NCBI GenBank assembly: GCA_964485795.1
Contig: CAZAJQ010000001.1
Coordinates: 142,014-206,013 of the forward strand
Reading direction: 5' to 3'
DNA from: an uncultured Gammaproteobacteria bacterium
GTDB taxonomy: Bacteria > Patescibacteriota > Patescibacteriia > VMEV01 > CAZAJQ01
Length of the DNA: 64,000 nucleotides
Shown here in pieces: positions 20,152 to 29,120 of the stretch; positions within the stretch are counted from its first letter, which is position 1, and every line of letters begins with the position of its first letter. The position numbers and the translations under genes were made by a program. The notes below the pieces were generated by a model. That model made no database searches. It was not told the origin of the DNA and saw only the letters and a program-made list of their open reading frames with translations.

Positions 20152-20442
20152 TCATGCGACAAATCTTAACCTCAAAACCAATCGAGACCCTGTTTTCTCA
20201 TGCAAATGAGCCAAAACTTCCGCTTCGCGCATTTTGATCTCCGAGGCGATCGACGAATTCTTCACGGATATCGCGAGACTTTGCTGACGGATATACCGCG
20301 CTTCGGCTTCTTTCGTCGCTTCTTGACCAAAAGTCTTGGCCAGCCATTTTTGAAAAACGTCCATCACCAGAAGCTTTTCCATATCTTCGCCAAGGGCATC
20401 GGTTTTCATCTTGCGCTTCAAAATATTTTTCAGAGAATCCAT
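20152..20442 (-). CDS. dciA: DciA/DUF721 family protein (replicative helicase loader)
   Basis: L.I.V.NS.IA.EIKM.E..VL..L....G...V..LRF pattern. Confidence 0.72.
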   Translation of the reverse strand: MDSLKNILKRKMKTDALGEDMEKLLVMDVFQKWLAKTFGQEATKEAEARYIRQQSLAISVKNSSIASEIKMREAEVLAHLHEKTGSRLVLRLRFVA

Positions 20443-20520
20443 AGTCTTTGTTGCCAAGATGATTTCAGGTCTCATTTTGAGACTGTAAAAAAATTATGAA
20501 ATACGAAGCTCTGGAGCGAG

Positions 20521-20552
20521 CCCTAAGTATGCGCTTTGCTTAACTTCAGGGT
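20521..20552 (-). repeat. Palindromic repeat family A, inverted copy
   Basis: Minus strand ACCCTGAAGTTAAGCAAAGCGCATACTTAGGG. Confidence 0.85.
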
Positions 20553-20604
20553 GAGTAGTTCGCATTTTGCTACTGTCTCATTTTTGATTTTTTTTCAAAT
20601 GTCT

Positions 20605-23568
20605 CTACAACTTTCGATACTCGCATATTTCTTTGTAGTCGCAATATTTGCACTTTTGCGGAGCCGGATCCGGATGAAATACGCCTTTTCGAATTTCAGC
20701 CACGAGCTGCATGATTTTTTCTTTCAATTGTTCTAAATCTTTTTCTTTTCCCAAAAAAGAAAGAGGCTTGTTTTCATTGAGGTAATAAAATTCCAACTCC
20801 GCGACTTTTCTTCCCATGCACTCGGAAGCAGCGAGCTGATAGAGCAAGAGCTGATCCTTTTCAACCGTTTTTTCGGTCTTTACTCCGCCGGTTTTATAAT
20901 CCACGATCTTGACGCTTCCGTCTCCGACATTATCCACCCTATCCATGACTCCCCGCAAGGTAACGTCTCCGATTTTGAGATGAAACCCTTTTTCGACAAA
21001 GAGCACGTCCGGCCAAGCGTCGCGATGCTTTTCAAAAAATCCCCGCAAAATTTCCCTTCCTTTTTTTCGGTAATTTTCTTTTTGAACAGCGTTTTCATAC
21101 CATTCGTCAATCCACGATTCCTCATAATATCTCATCAGATCCTCAAGTGACGGCGGTGTAAGCGGTTTTTCGCTCGCATCCGAAAAAAGAGATCCTTGCC
21201 GCCGATCTTTCGCGACGACCAAGATGGAAAAAAACTTCTGCAGACACGAATGCAAGGTTTTTCCGAAGCTGAACGCCGCTTTTCCGGCTACGGGAATTTT
21301 CACGATAAAGGCGTAACGATATTGCCACGGGCAGGTTTCAAAAGATTTGATCTGCGTAAAACTCAAATGCTTGGGAATCTCGGCCGGCACAAGCGCGTTT
21401 TTTTCGCTCCGTTTCGTTTTTGGAAATCCGAGCATGACGCCGCCGAAAACATGCGTCGGAATCTCTTTGACCGTGTCGGATTCGTTCACCAAACCGGCCT
21501 CATGCAAGAATCTTGAAAGTTTCTTTTTCCTTTTTCCTCCGTAATTTTCCGCCGAGGTGAAGAACAAGCTTGCCTTCGCGCGGGTGATGGCGACATAAAA
21601 CAAACGTCTTTCTTCTTCGAGATGAGTATCTCCCTCGGGGATAATCTCCTTGATCAAAGCCGAAGGTATCAAAATCGCATCTTTTCGCTCGCTTGTCGGG
21701 AAACGCCGGTCGACCATGTTGACGACAAACACATGTTCGAATTCGAGCCCCTTGGCGCCATGCACCGTCATGATTTTGACGCTGTCGGGACCGTCATCCG
21801 GCTTTGCCCCCAAAGCTCCTTCGTCTCCGGCCTCAAGATAAAATTTTTGATGCGACAAAAACGCTTTCAAGGAACGATCCTTGGAAGTTTCTTCAAATCT
21901 CTTTATAAATAGATACAATTGATTGAGGTGATCAAAATGTTCCAAAGACTCGGCTTCCGGCAATTTCTGCAATCCGCGAATGACTCCAATATCCGATACC
22001 GCTTCCAAAAAAATGTTGCTCGCGTTCGTCGCTCGAGATTTTTGACCGTGTTTTTTGATAAGCGACACGATTCTTTCCGCGTTTTTGCAAAACTCGGGGG
22101 AAAAACCCAAGGCGCTTGCCCGAAGAAACACTTCGTGAAGCGACCATGCTTTTTTGCGGGCGACCTGCATTGCCGCCATGACTTCCTCTCGCGAAAATCC
22201 CACGGAATCCATGTTGATCACCCGATACATGGCGCCGCTCTCGTGATAATCGTCAAGCAACTTCAGATACGAAAGCAAATCCATGATGAGCGGCTTCAAA
22301 AAAAGTCCGGATGACGCATAATACGTAAAGGGAATCATCGCAGCTTCAAAAGCGGCCACAAAAGGATCGGCGGCTCGGTTTGAGCGTATCAAAATGGCGA
22401 AATCCGACCATGCGCAAGATGTTTTTTCCCGCATTTCAACGATCTTTTGGATCACTCCCGTCACTTCATCATCCCCGGTGGCGAAATGAAGATATTCGAC
22501 GGTGCCGGTCTTGCGGTCATGCGCCAATAGCTTTTTTTCGATATGCAGTCGTTCTTCGAGACGATTGGGATTGTTGTGCACGATGCACCGGTACGCCAGA
22601 TCCAAAATGTTTTGCGATGAACGATAATTTTGCGTCAAAACGATTTCTTTCGCGTCCGGATAATCCTTTTTGAACGTCAGAATATTGCTGATCGATGCCC
22701 CGCGAAATTTATAAATGGCTTGATCATCGTCCCCCACGACCACAAGGTTGTTGTGCGGAGATGAAAGCATTTTTACGATCTCATATTGCGCAAAATTCGT
22801 GTCTTGAAATTCGTCCACGAGAATGTATTTGAATTGCTTGAGATACAGTCCCAAAATATGATTGCGTTTGGAAAAAAGGCGCAGCGTATCGGTAATCAAA
22901 TCGCCAAAATCCAAAGCCGAATTTTCGAGTAAAACGTTTTGGTACGTATGATAGGCGTCGGCGATTTCAGAGACGCGATCCGTCTCGTTTCGGTCGGCGC
23001 TTCCTTCGGCGATTGGTCCGTTTTTGACGTCCAAAGCCGTATCGGCGTCAAGCTTTAAACTTTTCGCGTACTCCACATAGCTTTCCGGAAAAATGGCTTC
23101 GTCCTTGCATTTGGAAAAATGGTTCAGCATCGCGACGATAAACTTGGTGGGATTTCCCAAGGGACGATAATAATCGAGCCGAAAACGCGCGAAATTCTCA
23201 AAAACCAGCTTCCAGCGTTCGGTGTCGGAAAGGATGCGAAAATCGTTTGGCAATCCGATATCCATGCCGTTGCGTTGCAATACGCGTTCGCAAAACGCAT
23301 GAAACGTCATGATCCACAAATCAAAATATCCATAAGGAAGCAAACGATCCACCCGTTCTTCCATCTCTTCCGCCGCCTTGTCGGTAAATGTCAGCGCAAG
23401 GATTTCTTCGGGTTTCGCCAGTCCGCTGTCAATGAGATAGGCGATGCGGGAGGTGATCACGGTCGTTTTCCCGGTACCCGCGCCGGCGACGATCAAAAGC
23501 GGCCCCGCCCCGTGCATGGCCGCTTCTTTTTGAGCTTGGTTGAGCGTATCCAAGTATGAAAATGCCAT
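20605..23568 (-). CDS. UvrD/PcrA-family SF1 helicase fused to C-terminal PD-(D/E)XK (RecB-like) nuclease
   Basis: AGAGTGKT, LVDEFQDTN, VVGDDDQAIYKFRGA, MTVHGAKGLEF, EERRLFYVAITRAK; then FETCP, GVMDRVD..IVDYKTG, QL.LY, CKYCDYKEIC. Confidence 0.95.
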   Translation of the reverse strand: MAFSYLDTLNQAQKEAAMHGAGPLLIVAGAGTGKTTVITSRIAYLIDSGLAKPEEILALTFTDKAAEEMEERVDRLLPYGYFDLWIMTFHAFCERVLQRNGMDIGLPNDFRILSDTERWKLVFENFARFRLDYYRPLGNPTKFIVAMLNHFSKCKDEAIFPESYVEYAKSLKLDADTALDVKNGPIAEGSADRNETDRVSEIADAYHTYQNVLLENSALDFGDLITDTLRLFSKRNHILGLYLKQFKYILVDEFQDTNFAQYEIVKMLSSPHNNLVVVGDDDQAIYKFRGASISNILTFKKDYPDAKEIVLTQNYRSSQNILDLAYRCIVHNNPNRLEERLHIEKKLLAHDRKTGTVEYLHFATGDDEVTGVIQKIVEMREKTSCAWSDFAILIRSNRAADPFVAAFEAAMIPFTYYASSGLFLKPLIMDLLSYLKLLDDYHESGAMYRVINMDSVGFSREEVMAAMQVARKKAWSLHEVFLRASALGFSPEFCKNAERIVSLIKKHGQKSRATNASNIFLEAVSDIGVIRGLQKLPEAESLEHFDHLNQLYLFIKRFEETSKDRSLKAFLSHQKFYLEAGDEGALGAKPDDGPDSVKIMTVHGAKGLEFEHVFVVNMVDRRFPTSERKDAILIPSALIKEIIPEGDTHLEEERRLFYVAITRAKASLFFTSAENYGGKRKKKLSRFLHEAGLVNESDTVKEIPTHVFGGVMLGFPKTKRSEKNALVPAEIPKHLSFTQIKSFETCPWQYRYAFIVKIPVAGKAAFSFGKTLHSCLQKFFSILVVAKDRRQGSLFSDASEKPLTPPSLEDLMRYYEESWIDEWYENAVQKENYRKKGREILRGFFEKHRDAWPDVLFVEKGFHLKIGDVTLRGVMDRVDNVGDGSVKIVDYKTGGVKTEKTVEKDQLLLYQLAASECMGRKVAELEFYYLNENKPLSFLGKEKDLEQLKEKIMQLVAEIRKGVFHPDPAPQKCKYCDYKEICEYRKL

Positions 23569-23634
23569 ATGGTATTCCGTTTAAAAAACAAAAGGCGAAA
23601 CTCGCCTTTATGTTTTTGTGTTTTTGGCTTTCTT

Positions 23635-23880
23635 CTATCGATTTTTTTCCAATGCCTCGATTTTTGAGTTCAAAACTTCTATCTGAATTTGGAGATCCGA
23701 AATTTGCTCCTGATACCCTTCTTTAATGCTCGTATCTTTGTAGTCCATATCGCCGGAAATGTCCGTCAGCTTGATCAGAAAAAAAAGCACTATCAAAGCC
23801 CCCAACAAAATGCAAATAAAAGGGAAAATGTGGTCGCACCCGATCTGTTCGCACAATGAATCGTTTTTGTTGTTTTTCAT
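23635..23880 (-). CDS. Small hypothetical protein (TM plus coiled coil)
   Basis: 81-aa ORF co-oriented with neighbours, followed by hairpin AAAGGCGAAACTCGCCTTT. Confidence 0.6.
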   Translation of the reverse strand: MKNNKNDSLCEQIGCDHIFPFICILLGALIVLFFLIKLTDISGDMDYKDTSIKEGYQEQISDLQIQIEVLNSKIEALEKNR

Positions 23881-23915
23881 ATGACGATGCTCAAGGCATT
23901 CATTTTTTTATAAAA

Positions 23916-24083
23916 TCATTTTTTCTTGTCGGGCATCATGGATGCGACGGCGAAACCAGCGGCCACCAAAGCGATGCTGTTGGAATTGTTCACCACGCGA
24001 TCATAGTCGGTCTGCACTGCAGACATGACCGTCAAAAGACCGAGAACAAGCGCCAGATAAAAATACACTTTACTGATATACAT
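23916..24083 (-). CDS. Small two-TM hypothetical protein (not in ORF track)
   Basis: Hand translation MYISKVYFYLALVLGLLTVMSAVQTDYDRVVNNSNSIALVAAGFAVASMMPDKKK; fills the gap between co-oriented genes. Confidence 0.6.
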   Translation of the reverse strand: MYISKVYFYLALVLGLLTVMSAVQTDYDRVVNNSNSIALVAAGFAVASMMPDKKK

Positions 24084-24092
24084 AGAAAAAAA

Positions 24093-24920
24093 TTAATTAT
24101 TTGCTTTTGATTTTTGAGCTTCGGATTTTTGAGCCTCGCATAGCGTCACCTTTTCTTTTTCAGCCGCAGCCCGATCGGCGGAAAGGACATAGTGTTCATC
24201 GGAAATCAGACTTCCGGCATTGAGCAGATCTTTCGTGAGGGTAATCGTTTTCAGATCTTTTTCATAGGTAAGCAAAAAACTTTCGCAATCTTTGAGCGTA
24301 TCGACCGGATCCTTTTCCAGGAAAACAATGCTCTTGTCCGTAACCTCGTAAACGGCCAATACATTTCCGGAAGACACTTTTTTCTGATACAGTCTTTTTT
24401 GAGCGCCAAGGATGTCAAAAGCTTTGGATTGAGCGTATTGCGCGTCTTTTTCGGCGTCGTAGAGCCACAAAGAAAATGTGCCCTTTTTCTCGGTCACATA
24501 CACATACCGATTGCTCTCTCCGGGCATCTTTTGAGCTTCGGAAATTCCCAATGCTTCATTCAGCGCCAAAATAAACTTCGCATACCACAATTCTTCGGAC
24601 AATTTTTGGATTTCATCGCTGATTTTCGATATCTCGCCGCTTGCCTTGTCTTTTGCCTGTCCCTCAAGCGTCGACAGCTTTCCGGTAAGCTCCGAAATTT
24701 GCGATTCGAGCTCCATACGCAGCTTGGATATTTCCGCGTCTTTTTTCAGCTGCTGAGAAGCGCTTTGCCAAATGAACAAACCAAAAACGATGACGATGAC
24801 GATCAAAACAAAAACAAATCCAAAATTTTTCGATTTCTTTTCCTCATGCGCGATCCTTTTGTCGGGTTCGCTTTTCGCATCTTCATCGGGATCGATAAAC
24901 GTTTTTTTGAGTCGAGGCAT
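24093..24920 (-). CDS. Hypothetical membrane-anchored protein
   Basis: 275 aa, single TM then coiled coil and a beta-rich domain. Confidence 0.7.
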   Translation of the reverse strand: MPRLKKTFIDPDEDAKSEPDKRIAHEEKKSKNFGFVFVLIVIVIVFGLFIWQSASQQLKKDAEISKLRMELESQISELTGKLSTLEGQAKDKASGEISKISDEIQKLSEELWYAKFILALNEALGISEAQKMPGESNRYVYVTEKKGTFSLWLYDAEKDAQYAQSKAFDILGAQKRLYQKKVSSGNVLAVYEVTDKSIVFLEKDPVDTLKDCESFLLTYEKDLKTITLTKDLLNAGSLISDEHYVLSADRAAAEKEKVTLCEAQKSEAQKSKANN

Positions 24921-24971
24921 AAAAAATATTATTCAAATGTCTTCCTTGAGTATAGCACATGTTTCGACTTT

Positions 24972-25814
24972 TCACGGAGAAATTTTTTTGAAAAAAGAAA
25001 GGGCGTTTTCAAAAAGTCTTTTCTCGACTTCCTCCGCATCCATTCTCTTTATTTCCGCGATGCGCGCGACAACGTATTTCACGAAGCTGGGCTCATTGCG
25101 CTTCCCGCGATGCGGCACGGGAGTAAGATACGGAGCATCGGTTTCCGAAAGGATATGCGCGATGTCGGTCTTTTCGATGATATCATCCCAATCATGGCAA
25201 AAGGTGATCAGCCCGGTAAACGAGATACGCATGCCGCACGAGATGTAATATTTTGCATCGTCTTCCTTTGCCGTGAAACAATGCACGACCGCTCCCACTT
25301 TTTGCATTTCCTTGCGATGATCCGCGACAAAACGTTTCAGGTCCGAGTGAGCGTCGCGGCAATGGATGATAAGCGGGAGATCAAATTCCAAAGCGAGCTT
25401 CAGGTGCTCTAGAAGATTCTCGATTTGTGTATTTCTCAGCTCAAAAATTTCGCTTTTTTTTCTCTTGTAATAGTCCAGCCCCACTTCTCCCACCGCCACC
25501 ACGCGAGGATGTTTGGCGAGATTGGCATAATAATCGTAATCAAACCGCTCCCGTCGCACTTTGAATTCGGATTTTTTGCCATCCGCGAAATACTCTTCAT
25601 ACCTGTCCCCGTCGAGATGTACTGGATGCAAACCGATGGAGGCATACACGCCTTTTTCAAAGCGTGATGCAAGCTCCACGCTTTTTTTTGACGTGTCTTT
25701 TTGCGTGCCCACATTCACGAGCCATGTACCCTGCTGATATGCGCGCTTCAACACGACTTCGTCATCATCTTTGTACGCGATGAAATTGACATGAGTATGC
25801 GTATCAAAAAACAT
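24972..25814 (-). CDS. tatD: TatD family nuclease
   Basis: FDTHTH, GLHP, AVGEVGLDYY, IIHCRDA, VHCFT, ETDAPYLTPVPHRGKRNEP. Confidence 0.96.
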   Translation of the reverse strand: MFFDTHTHVNFIAYKDDDEVVLKRAYQQGTWLVNVGTQKDTSKKSVELASRFEKGVYASIGLHPVHLDGDRYEEYFADGKKSEFKVRRERFDYDYYANLAKHPRVVAVGEVGLDYYKRKKSEIFELRNTQIENLLEHLKLALEFDLPLIIHCRDAHSDLKRFVADHRKEMQKVGAVVHCFTAKEDDAKYYISCGMRISFTGLITFCHDWDDIIEKTDIAHILSETDAPYLTPVPHRGKRNEPSFVKYVVARIAEIKRMDAEEVEKRLFENALSFFKKISP

Positions 25815-25909
25815 AACATGATTTCTCTTAAAACTTTTCGAAACCGCAAGAAATATTTCTTTTTATAAAAAAAAATCCGAATGACCGTCGCTAAGACATC
25901 GGAGTCGTC

Positions 25910-26425
25910 TCACTTTGAAACCCAGGAAATGACTCCGGGAATATCGGGAACCCAAGCGGTAGCAAAAGACGATATCCAGAATATCGCGCTCGGAACCGTG
26001 GAAAGTCGAATAATTTCACGGAAAGGTTGAGAGAGAGGAAATCTCGACAATGCGAAAAAAATCACTCCAAGGAGCAGGATGCCTTCGCAAAAACCCAAAG
26101 CCGCGCCCGCCAAACGATTGACGCTTTTTGCGAACGGAATGATCGAAAGAATGCGAAAAATCCTGTCGATCACCATGAAAATGATATGGATGATTTTGCT
26201 GGATACCGCGAATACGAGAAAAAAAACGATGGCGTATCCGTATCGAGATCCGTCGAGAAAATCGATGCTTTTGTAAACCACCGCCGTGAATTTTCCTGCG
26301 ATGATCATGCCACCGAATACTCCGATCAAAGCTCCCAACGTGCGGATCAATCCGCGCGCAAATCCGGCGACGGCAAAGCACAAAAGAATACCAAAAAGGA
26401 GAATGTCAAAATAAGTCATGTGCAT
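25910..26425 (-). CDS. cvpA: CvpA family membrane protein
   Basis: FD..L.......GF.RGLI, NRLAGAALG..EG; overlaps the metG stop (TAATG). Confidence 0.88.
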   Translation of the reverse strand: MHMTYFDILLFGILLCFAVAGFARGLIRTLGALIGVFGGMIIAGKFTAVVYKSIDFLDGSRYGYAIVFFLVFAVSSKIIHIIFMVIDRIFRILSIIPFAKSVNRLAGAALGFCEGILLLGVIFFALSRFPLSQPFREIIRLSTVPSAIFWISSFATAWVPDIPGVISWVSK

Positions 26426-27942
26426 TATTGTTTTGTTTCAAGCATGGGAAAAAGCGCGGGAAACTTTTGCGCGCGAATTTCACCTGAAATTGTACCCCAC
26501 TTTCTCAAATTCGCATAAGGCGATTTTTTTTCGCGATCGAAAACTCCCATAGCCGCGAGCATGGTTTCAGAAACTTCAGGCATAAAAGGAAAAAGCATCC
26601 AAGCGATATGACGCAAGCATTCCATGAGTGAGGTCAAGACTTGGGAAAAACGAACCGCGTCGCTTTTTGCGAGCTGCCAAGGCTTCTCACACTCGATAAG
26701 CAAGTCGCAGCTTGAAACGATGTCCCAAACAACGGTGAGTATTTCATGGAATCGCAATTCGGACATCCGTGCGTCGTATTGGTCCCATGCCGCGCATACG
26801 ATTGTGGAAATATCTTCGAAACCTCCGCCGTAATCGGCGTTGAAGGGGCGTTTTTCCGCCAAAGCGAATACCCGACTGACAAGGTTTCCGAGACCGTGGG
26901 AAAGATCGGACGTGTAACGCTCTTTCATACGTTTTTCGGAAATATCTCCGTCTTGACCGAAAGTCACTTCGCGAAAGAGAAAATATCGCAAGGCATCGTT
27001 TCCATATCGCCTCGCCCAATCCGTGGGATCGATCACATTGCCCAAGGTCTTTGACATTTTTTGCCCCTCGATGGTGAAAAAACCGTGCGCATAGAGTTTT
27101 TTTGGCACACGCAAACCCAATGCCATGAGCATGGAAGGCCAGATGACGGCATGAAAAGTCTTGAGAATGTCTTTGGCCATCAGCTGCACATCGGCGGGCC
27201 AAAATTTTTGAAAATGTTCCTCGTTTTCGTACACATCCAAAGCCGTAATGTAATTCATCAACGCTTCAATCCACACATAGCAGGTTTGTTCGCGGTCAAA
27301 GGGCAATACGATTCCCCACGGAACATCCTTGCGGGAAATGGGGATATCTTTGACTCCCTGCTCCAAAAAGCTCAAGACTTCGTTGCGTCTCGCCTCGGGT
27401 TCGATGCGCATTTCCTTTGACAGTATCTTTTCCTTGATTCGAGGCGTAAAATCCGAAAGCCGGAAAAACCAATTTTCTTCGGACAGCGGTATGGGGGCTT
27501 TTTTATGAAAGGGACACAGTCCATCCACCAATTCGCTTTCAGCCTTGTACGCTTCGCATCCGACGCAATACAGCCCTTCATAAGAACCCTTGTAGAGAAA
27601 CCCGTCGTCATAAAGCTTTTGCAAAAGCATGCTGGCGATCCTTTCATGTCGGCTTTCAGTGGTGCGTATGAAAAAGTCGTGGCTTAGCCCAAGCGTATCC
27701 CATGCTTCCATGAAGGTTGCTGACCATTCGTCGACAAACGTTTGCGGAGATTGTCCACGCTTCTCGGCCTCTTGGGCGATTTTTTTTCCGTGTTCATCCG
27801 TGCCGGTAAGGAAAAAGACGTCGTCTCCCTTCATGCGATGAAATCGAGCCAATATGTCGGCCGCTATCGTCGTGTACGCATGCCCGATATGGGGTTTGTC
27901 GTTCACGTAGTAAATTGGGGTGGTGATGTAAAATTTTGCCAT
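26425..27942 (-). CDS. metG: Methionine--tRNA ligase (short form)
   Basis: YITTPIYYVNDKPHIGH, TGTDEHG, KMSKTLGN. Confidence 0.97.
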   Translation of the reverse strand: MAKFYITTPIYYVNDKPHIGHAYTTIAADILARFHRMKGDDVFFLTGTDEHGKKIAQEAEKRGQSPQTFVDEWSATFMEAWDTLGLSHDFFIRTTESRHERIASMLLQKLYDDGFLYKGSYEGLYCVGCEAYKAESELVDGLCPFHKKAPIPLSEENWFFRLSDFTPRIKEKILSKEMRIEPEARRNEVLSFLEQGVKDIPISRKDVPWGIVLPFDREQTCYVWIEALMNYITALDVYENEEHFQKFWPADVQLMAKDILKTFHAVIWPSMLMALGLRVPKKLYAHGFFTIEGQKMSKTLGNVIDPTDWARRYGNDALRYFLFREVTFGQDGDISEKRMKERYTSDLSHGLGNLVSRVFALAEKRPFNADYGGGFEDISTIVCAAWDQYDARMSELRFHEILTVVWDIVSSCDLLIECEKPWQLAKSDAVRFSQVLTSLMECLRHIAWMLFPFMPEVSETMLAAMGVFDREKKSPYANLRKWGTISGEIRAQKFPALFPMLETKQ

Positions 27943-28017
27943 AATAAACGATCATCAACATGCTCAAAAACAATGGTGCACACAAACAGTATCAAAAAAA
28001 ATGCCCCCTGAAAAGAA

Positions 28018-28042
28018 ACAAAGGTGCTTGTGACACCTTTGT
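28018..28042 (-). terminator. Hairpin terminator after orphan gene
   Basis: ACAAAGGTG-CTTGTGA-CACCTTTGT. Confidence 0.6.
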
Positions 28043-28067
28043 GTGATTTTTCCTTTTTTAAAAAAAA

Positions 28068-28964
28068 TTACTGTGTATCGGTTAGAAAGCTGTACTTGAG
28101 CTTTCTTTTCATTTCTTGGGGAAAATTCAGCTTTTCCACCCCTTCAAAAAACACCCATGTCTGAACCAGCGCCACGATTGAGATAAGCTGCCTTTTTGAA
28201 GGTTTAACGTACCCGATTATTTTTGCAATATGAAGAATTTCTTCCAAAGAAATGTACCGCAAGACATTTTTCCCGGAAATTTCACCGTTGATCTTTTTTC
28301 CTATCGTCCGCAGGATGAACTCAATTTTTTTTTCGTGCATCACGTTCATAAGTTCCTGCATATGAACGGCAATAAAAAACAGATCATCGGCGTTCAGGGT
28401 CCCGTGTCGGATTCCACTTTTATCAAAGGCCAAAAATCTCTCGGCCAATTTCGCGTAGATCATGGCGCAAAGCATTTTCACCGATCCTTTGACGGGCTCG
28501 ATAAAGATTTTTTTCGCTGACATATCGAGTAAGGAATAAGTCATTTTTCCTTCCGAAATCATCATTTTCCCTCCTCCCATCGAAGACTTGCTCATCCATA
28601 CGATACGAAACGACTCTCCTTCCCGCTTGATCGAGAGAATTTCCGAGAAAAGTTCATTGCCTCCTTCGGCGCGGTAAAAATCAAAAAATCCAAGACGAGC
28701 ATACACTTGCCTCGTCAAATCATTGGTATCTCGATACTCGACGAAAATCTTCACCAGTTCCCGATTCAGGGCGCTCACTTCATCGGGCTTGCTTTCTTCG
28801 GTCACATACAGAGTATCTTCACCCTCCGGATAGCTTTTCAAAATAGCTTCCCAATCCGAAGTTTCCACTTTCTTTTTTTCTTTTCCTCCAAAAATCAAAC
28901 AGAGCAACGCAAGAACCGCTAACATCCCCATCACCCCCTGTTTCTGAGCTTCGTTTTGAAACAT
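28068..28964 (-). CDS. Orphan protein with N-terminal hydrophobic segment, SD-led
   Basis: 298-aa ORF; AAAAGGA then a T run before ATG; no recognised family. Confidence 0.7.
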   Translation of the reverse strand: MFQNEAQKQGVMGMLAVLALLCLIFGGKEKKKVETSDWEAILKSYPEGEDTLYVTEESKPDEVSALNRELVKIFVEYRDTNDLTRQVYARLGFFDFYRAEGGNELFSEILSIKREGESFRIVWMSKSSMGGGKMMISEGKMTYSLLDMSAKKIFIEPVKGSVKMLCAMIYAKLAERFLAFDKSGIRHGTLNADDLFFIAVHMQELMNVMHEKKIEFILRTIGKKINGEISGKNVLRYISLEEILHIAKIIGYVKPSKRQLISIVALVQTWVFFEGVEKLNFPQEMKRKLKYSFLTDTQ

Positions 28965-29027
28965 TAAAAAAATCCTTTTGCTGAAAAGATTCTAAAAAAG
29001 AGAACGAACATCGACAAAGAATCCATC

Positions 29028-29056
29028 TTTTTACCACACCATCAAATATGATGCAA
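29028..29056 (-). promoter_or_regulatory. Putative sigma70-type promoter (orphan-cassette type)
   Basis: TTGCAT-N17-TAAAAA with TG extension (TGGTAAAAA). Confidence 0.5.
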
Positions 29057-29120
29057 TAAACCGTCACGTCGTCGGCCGTAAATGGAAAACGTTTTGCGCA
29101 TCCATCGTCATCAGACCCTT

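Noticed and set aside
24192-25412. Long antisense ORFs (also 5225-6112, 29553-30560, 54020-54841, 58637-59539)
   Set aside because: Shadows of well-supported opposite-strand genes, with no recognisable motifs
29060-29120. Hammerhead ribozyme suggested by CTGATGA on the minus strand
   Set aside because: No stem II followed by GAAA and no pairing for the other stems
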